Shown here one piece after another: positions 27,102 through 32,000 of a stretch of DNA of 32,000 nucleotides (positions within the stretch are counted from its first letter, which is position 1; each line of letters begins with the position of its first letter). The DNA is from Aliivibrio fischeri ES114 (GTDB taxonomy: Bacteria > Pseudomonadota > Gammaproteobacteria > Enterobacterales > Vibrionaceae): NCBI RefSeq assembly GCF_000011805.1, contig NC_006841.2; one strand, 5' to 3'. The notes under the pieces are model-generated. The model was not told the DNA's origin. It saw only the letters and a list, made by a program, of their open reading frames with translations, and made no database searches. A program made the translations under genes and the position numbers.

Positions 27102-27308
27102 AGGATTTCTCGGTTATTCTGGTGCGAAGATATTATCATTATTAGGAGAGAGCGTAGTAAATATTTAATTAACAGTGGGACACTCGTAATCGCTGTCAAG
27201 ACGAAGCTAAATTCGTAAAACTACTAAACATTAATTTTGAACAACAAACACAAGATTAACGCCATAAGTTAATATTCAACTTATGGCATTTAATTGCGCT
27301 TGGCATAC

Positions 27309-27788
27309 TTACTCGTGACTAAAACGCTGTCTTGTCACTATGCCCCATTGCGGGTCATCTAATGTATCTTCTTGGTAGCCTTGTTTAATATTATTCTCAG
27401 TGGTGTAAGTACCTACTACATCGCGCCAAAATTTAACCGCGTGATCAGCGCCTTCAACTTGCTTCATCTCCCACGAACCACCTAATTGCTTAAATAGCGT
27501 TGAGATAAAAGATTTACCTACTTGGTTCTTTCTAAAGAATGGTACAACATAAAAATCGCACACTTCAAAATGATTATTCGTTTCATTTGCAATTGCTGTA
27601 TGCCCTGCTGGTACACCATCAACATAAAGTAAGTAGCCACTTACTTTTCCGCCAAGCTCGGTATCTAAAGGGAATACACCATTATCATCTGGCTTTTTCT
27701 GCATAATTTTTGAAAACTCAGCCTCATAAGCTTGAGCTAAGTTCATATAAACATGTTGATTACTGCTGTCTACTTTAACTATCTTCAT
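27309..27788 (-). CDS. GNAT-family N-acetyltransferase
   Basis: KVSGYLLYVDGVPAGHTAIANETNNHFEVCDFYVVPFFRKNQVGKSFISTLFKQLGGSWEMK. Confidence 0.8.
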   Translation of the reverse strand: MKIVKVDSSNQHVYMNLAQAYEAEFSKIMQKKPDDNGVFPLDTELGGKVSGYLLYVDGVPAGHTAIANETNNHFEVCDFYVVPFFRKNQVGKSFISTLFKQLGGSWEMKQVEGADHAVKFWRDVVGTYTTENNIKQGYQEDTLDDPQWGIVTRQRFSHE

Positions 27789-28236
27789 AGCACCTTCTCT
27801 TTTAATGCAAAAACAAATTAGAAACGCGAAAATAATATCATAAAGATAGTACTCTACTTTTACTCTTCACTATTAAAAGCCCAATATCAGCAAAAATGCA
27901 ATTACGGTAAAAACAACAAAGAAAAAGAACATTTACCTACATATTCACTCACTGCAGTTCAATCTACCAGTAAGCCACCACATACAACTTATCAATCTAA
28001 GAAACAACTGGTTACATATATTTCTCATTTGCGAGATAAATACGGTGCGTTGCTGATATTTCCAGTATAGAATCCCCGCTCAATGTCCAGTCTGTGTATT
28101 CGTAGAACCTTTTCTGACAAAGTAAGGGAATGCTGAACACAATAGATTTGTGATAAATGGACGCTGGCCAAATAGAGATAAAAATAAATCTCTATTTAGC
28201 GATAACAGCACTAATGTGGCATTGAGAAAATTTAAA

Positions 28237-29220
28237 ATGAGTCGTACAACAATGAAACCAACAATTGTTATTGCCCTAGGTGGCAATGCACTATTGCGTC
28301 GTGGTCAGGTTCTTTCTTATGAAAATCAACTTGAAAACGTAAAGGTAGCGGCAGAATCTATTGCGAAATTAAGCAAAGAGTACCGTATTGCTATTGTTCA
28401 TGGAAATGGCCCACAAGTTGGTTTATTAAGCCAACAAAATGATGCCTTTGATGCTGTTCCTTCTTATCCTCTTAGTTGTTTAGTTGCCGAATCTCAAGGG
28501 ATGATAGCAACCATGCTTGCACAAGAATTACGTAATCGTGTTGATTGTAACGTAACGACAATTCTTACCCATGTCGATGTTGATAAAGCCGACCCCGCTT
28601 TTAATGACCCAACCAAGTTCATTGGCCAAGTGTATTCTGAAAAAGAAGCGTACGATCTTACTGAAGAGTTTGGCTGGTCTATTCGCCAAGATGGTGACTA
28701 CTTTAGACGCGTTGTTGCTTCCCCTGCTCCTAAAAACATCCGTGAGAGTGAATTAATTTCATTGGCTTTGCAGCACGATAATATTGTTATATGTTGCGGC
28801 GGAGGTGGTATTCCTGTTTGTACTGACAACCACGGCATCACTACAAATATCGATTGTGTTATTGATAAAGACTCAACGGCATCGTTACTTTCTCAGCAGA
28901 TCTCAGCTGACTACTTCTTAATTTTGACCGATGGTGATGGGGTATTTTTCCATTACGGCAAGCCAAACCAAATCAAACTAGACATTGCGACTACCGAAGA
29001 ATTAAAAGGCTACTCTTTTGATAAAGGCTCTATGCAGCCAAAAATTGATTCGATGATCAACTACGTTGAAAATGTCGATATCTCTATCGGTATCATTGCA
29101 GATTTGCACTTAGCTTTAGATGCGCTAAATGGCACGGCTGGTACAAAAATTGTAAAAAATAAGTTTTATAATGACTCTATTTCTCATCAACAAAATGATG
29201 GCGAATTAACACCAGCATAA
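28237..29220 (+). CDS. Carbamate kinase; longer ORF opens at 28150
   Basis: MKPTIVIALGGNALLRRGQ...ELSKEYRIAIVHGNGPQVGLLSQQN...ICCGGGGIPV....CVIDKDSTASLLSQQISADYFLILTDGDGV. The start at 28237 or 28252 matches the family better than 28150. Confidence 0.9.
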   Translation: MSRTTMKPTIVIALGGNALLRRGQVLSYENQLENVKVAAESIAKLSKEYRIAIVHGNGPQVGLLSQQNDAFDAVPSYPLSCLVAESQGMIATMLAQELRNRVDCNVTTILTHVDVDKADPAFNDPTKFIGQVYSEKEAYDLTEEFGWSIRQDGDYFRRVVASPAPKNIRESELISLALQHDNIVICCGGGGIPVCTDNHGITTNIDCVIDKDSTASLLSQQISADYFLILTDGDGVFFHYGKPNQIKLDIATTEELKGYSFDKGSMQPKIDSMINYVENVDISIGIIADLHLALDALNGTAGTKIVKNKFYNDSISHQQNDGELTPA

Positions 29221-29238
29221 TGGTTCGATGAGAAAACC

Positions 29239-29267
29239 AAAAGCCCTAACGTGTTGTTAGGGCTTTT
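29239..29267 (+). terminator. Intrinsic terminator after carbamate kinase
   Basis: AAAAGCCCTAAC...GTTAGGGCTTTT plus T. Confidence 0.85.
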
Positions 29268-29295
29268 TAATATCGAGTATGCGATAAGTAAACGC

Positions 29296-30093
29296 TTACA
29301 ACACTTGCTCTTTAATCACGGTAAATACCCCTGCATCTTTATTACTTGGAGCCATAAAGCGTGCTGTCTCTTTTACTTTTTGATGTGCATTTTCCATCGC
29401 ATAAGAGTAATAACTCTCTTGCAGCATTTCTAAATCATTTAAGTAATCACCAAAGCTCATTGTTTCTTCAAAACTAAAGTCCAGTGTGTTTTGTAGATGT
29501 TTGATTGCAGCTCCTTTAGAAGCAACCACATTCATTACATCAAGCCAGATCTTAGCACTCACCACCACTTGATGACTCTCACCAAAGTTAGCATCAAAAG
29601 ATGGGAAAACGAACTCTTCAGTTCCATCAAAATGACAAATCGCTACTTTAATAAACTCGTCATCTACCGCAAGTAAGTCTTCGACATATTCACAACGCTG
29701 GTAATATTTTGAAAATTCAGCCAGTGCTTTTGGATCTTGTGTTTCAATGTATGCTGAACGTTTGCCACAAAGCACAATGTGTGTACCTTCAATCGCACGA
29801 GCAGTTTTAATGATATTGATTACCGATGGCGTATCCATTGAACAGCTATAAAGTTCTTCACCGGGATACATCACTAACGTGCCATTTTCAGCAATAAACA
29901 TCATGCGATCTTTTACTGGCTCAAACGTTTCTAACAAGCTGTAGTATTGACGCCCAGAGGCAGCGGCAAAAATGATGTTTTTATCTTCTAATTGCTGATA
30001 AAGATCGAAAAAACTTGGATCTAATTCGCTATGTTCATTAAGCAGTGTGCCGTCCATATCAGCAGCAATAAATTTTACGTTATGTTTTTGCAT
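29296..30093 (-). CDS. Cof-type HAD-IIB family hydrolase/phosphatase
   Basis: VKFIAADMDGTLLNEHSELD...ENGTLV...SKGAAIKHL...TMSFGDYLNDLEMLQ. Confidence 0.9.
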   Translation of the reverse strand: MQKHNVKFIAADMDGTLLNEHSELDPSFFDLYQQLEDKNIIFAAASGRQYYSLLETFEPVKDRMMFIAENGTLVMYPGEELYSCSMDTPSVINIIKTARAIEGTHIVLCGKRSAYIETQDPKALAEFSKYYQRCEYVEDLLAVDDEFIKVAICHFDGTEEFVFPSFDANFGESHQVVVSAKIWLDVMNVVASKGAAIKHLQNTLDFSFEETMSFGDYLNDLEMLQESYYSYAMENAHQKVKETARFMAPSNKDAGVFTVIKEQVL

Positions 30094-30189
30094 TAATTGG
30101 TACTCAGAGATAATTTAAATTCAATAAACACCCAGAAGTATATACTGTTCAGGACGTTACACCGAACAACTCCACCGTAAAATGAGAGG

Positions 30190-31152
30190 CTACTGCCCCT
30201 TTTTTACTGGATATAAAGAGGCAAAATTTGGGATATGTTGCTCCCAAAGAGGAGGATGACCAATATGCTTTTGCACGGCACTAATGAACTCTCTAACCAA
30301 TGCGGTCTGTTTTCGATGCGGATAAAGTGCGTATATTGCTAAGCCTTGATTACATAATGGGTAATCCGTAAGTAACGTTGTTAATCCCATGCTTTCGATA
30401 GAACGCTCAAGGTTTGATGAAGCCACCACGGCATAACCTAAACCATCTTGAACGGCTGACAATAAGGTTCGAACATCATTTACCTTATAATTACCTTTCA
30501 TTTTATAGCTTTTAAATTGAGATGAATCTGGGCTTTCACCTAATCGAACGGTATCTACCGTTAATGTGCCATTGCTGTAAATAACAGAGGGTAAGTTTAC
30601 CAATTCTTCTGGTGTACTTGGCTCTCCAAAGCGTTCAATAAGTGAATGTGAAGCGAGGATCACCCCTCGAATATCTGCCACTTTTTTCGCTATCAAACTT
30701 GAATCATCTAATCGACCTAATCGAAAAGCGACATCAAAGTGCTCTGAAATGATATCGGAGCGCTTATCATCCATCATCAGAACTACCTCAACATCTGGAT
30801 AAGTGGTCATAAACTGACTAATAACAGGTTGTAAATACCCTTGCCCAATATGCAATGGAGCTGTAATTCTAATTCGCCCTTTTGGTACTGCTTGATATGA
30901 GTCTGCAATGGATTTCACGTTATCTAATGAGCCAACTAACTGATACGCTTGCTCTAAGATCTCTTCGCCTGCTGGTGTTAATGAGAAAGTACGAGTCGAG
31001 CGGTTAAGTAACTGAACACCTAGCTCTGCTTCTAATTTTTTGATCTGTTTTGAAAGCGCAGAATTATCCATATCATGCAATGCGGCCGCTTTAGTGAATG
31101 AGCCTTGTTGCACCACATCGATAAATAGAGAAAGTTGATTAACCAGAGACAT
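30190..31152 (-). CDS. LysR-family transcriptional regulator
   Basis: NQLSLFIDVVQQGSFTKAAALHDMDNSALSKQIKKLEAELGVQLLNRSTRTFSLTPAGEE. Confidence 0.93.
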   Translation of the reverse strand: MSLVNQLSLFIDVVQQGSFTKAAALHDMDNSALSKQIKKLEAELGVQLLNRSTRTFSLTPAGEEILEQAYQLVGSLDNVKSIADSYQAVPKGRIRITAPLHIGQGYLQPVISQFMTTYPDVEVVLMMDDKRSDIISEHFDVAFRLGRLDDSSLIAKKVADIRGVILASHSLIERFGEPSTPEELVNLPSVIYSNGTLTVDTVRLGESPDSSQFKSYKMKGNYKVNDVRTLLSAVQDGLGYAVVASSNLERSIESMGLTTLLTDYPLCNQGLAIYALYPHRKQTALVREFISAVQKHIGHPPLWEQHIPNFASLYPVKKGQ

Positions 31153-31344
31153 ACCTTTACCTAAAACACCCGTCGATTTGATTTAAAGTGAAACCAATCC
31201 AAATACATTGTGATATTAAACCTTAATTTTAGTGCGAATACGAAAATTATTCAGACTATTCGGTTATGGTACGTATAAAAAAGGAGCCACGAAGGCCCCT
31301 TTGAATTTATATTTAATCGCTTAATGCGTTAGCTTCTTGCCAAA

Positions 31345-32000
31345 TTACTCATCGTCTAAAGGAATAAGTTTGGTGCTTCCGCCGTGCAGCTTTTCACGAC
31401 GACGTTGTACCATTGCATAGAAGCCAGGGATAAGTAGCGTACCCACTAATAACACACACAGTAGGCCACCAATCAACGACACACCCAATGAGTTTTGGCT
31501 GATGTAGCCTGCACCCGATGCAAACACAAGCGGTAAGATACCCAAGATAAACGACCACGATGTCATGTTTACCGCACGGAATCGTAATCGACCACCGTTT
31601 ACTGACGCATCATCTAAGCCCACTTCTTTCTCTTCACGCTCATTTTTCGCAAATTCAACAATCAAAATGGCATTTTTGGCGGCCAATGCGATTAAAAGAA
31701 CCAAACCAATTTGTGCGTATAAATTCAACGGCATCCCCGTTAAATTAAGCGCAAGGAAGGAGCCAAAGGTTGCCACTGGCACCACAAGAATAATCGCAAG
31801 AGGAATACTCCAACTCTCGTATTGTGCCACCATGAATAGATAGATAAAGATCAGCGCTAGCGCAAACGCATAAATCGCTTGGTTACCCGCTTTCACTTCT
31901 TGATACGCCATACCAGTCCATTCATATTGGTAACCATGTGGAAGCACTTCAGCTGCAACACGTTCCATCGCTGCAATGGCATCACCACTTGAATACCCAG
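31345..32000 (-). CDS. RND (AcrB/HAE1-type) efflux permease, C-terminal part; continues beyond window
   Basis: Open to the window edge on the minus strand ([34 protein letters not shown]...[31 protein letters not shown]...[21 protein letters not shown]). Confidence 0.92.
   Translation of the reverse strand, partial: GYSSGDAIAAMERVAAEVLPHGYQYEWTGMAYQEVKAGNQAIYAFALALIFIYLFMVAQYESWSIPLAIILVVPVATFGSFLALNLTGMPLNLYAQIGLVLLIALAAKNAILIVEFAKNEREEKEVGLDDASVNGGRLRFRAVNMTSWSFILGILPLVFASGAGYISQNSLGVSLIGGLLCVLLVGTLLIPGFYAMVQRRREKLHGGSTKLIPLDDE

Noticed and set aside
31560-31843. Plus-strand ORFs opposite the RND permease
   Set aside because: The minus strand encodes a clear AcrB-type C-terminus through this region.

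Overview
The window has Vibrionaceae-like chromosomal flanks around an accessory island of about 20 kb. LEFT FLANK (1-4670): the C-terminal end of a membrane protein, a MarR regulator, and the ectoine operon ectA-ectB-ectC-aspartokinase. ISLAND (about 4670-25200): an AraC-type regulator, then a short plus-strand cluster of a RebB-like (R-body) gene, a small partner protein and a short Reb-like protein. These are followed on the minus strand by a 3804-aa giant multidomain putative toxin/effector, a possible RepA-like replication initiator, a membrane protein, an array of six near-identical tandem RebB genes, a membrane-anchored protein with a P5/lysozyme-like motif, and an unknown protein. A second plus-strand mini-cluster (Reb-like, partner protein, small basic protein) closes the island. 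RIGHT FLANK (25199-32000): LysR with a PACE-type efflux transporter, a hypothetical, a GNAT acetyltransferase, a carbamate kinase, a HAD-IIB hydrolase, a second LysR, and the C-terminal part of an RND efflux permease. The main candidate system is the R-body (Reb) locus combined with the giant protein. The giant protein carries a Cys/His/Asp triad (C2956/H2998/D3013) with spacing like the Pasteurella multocida toxin deamidase domain, a clan-CD-like His/Cys pair (H2776/C2826), a strongly hydrophobic central segment and an internally duplicated module. Linking R-body to toxin is inference from gene neighbourhood. No integrase, transposase, tRNA, rRNA or CRISPR array was recognised.
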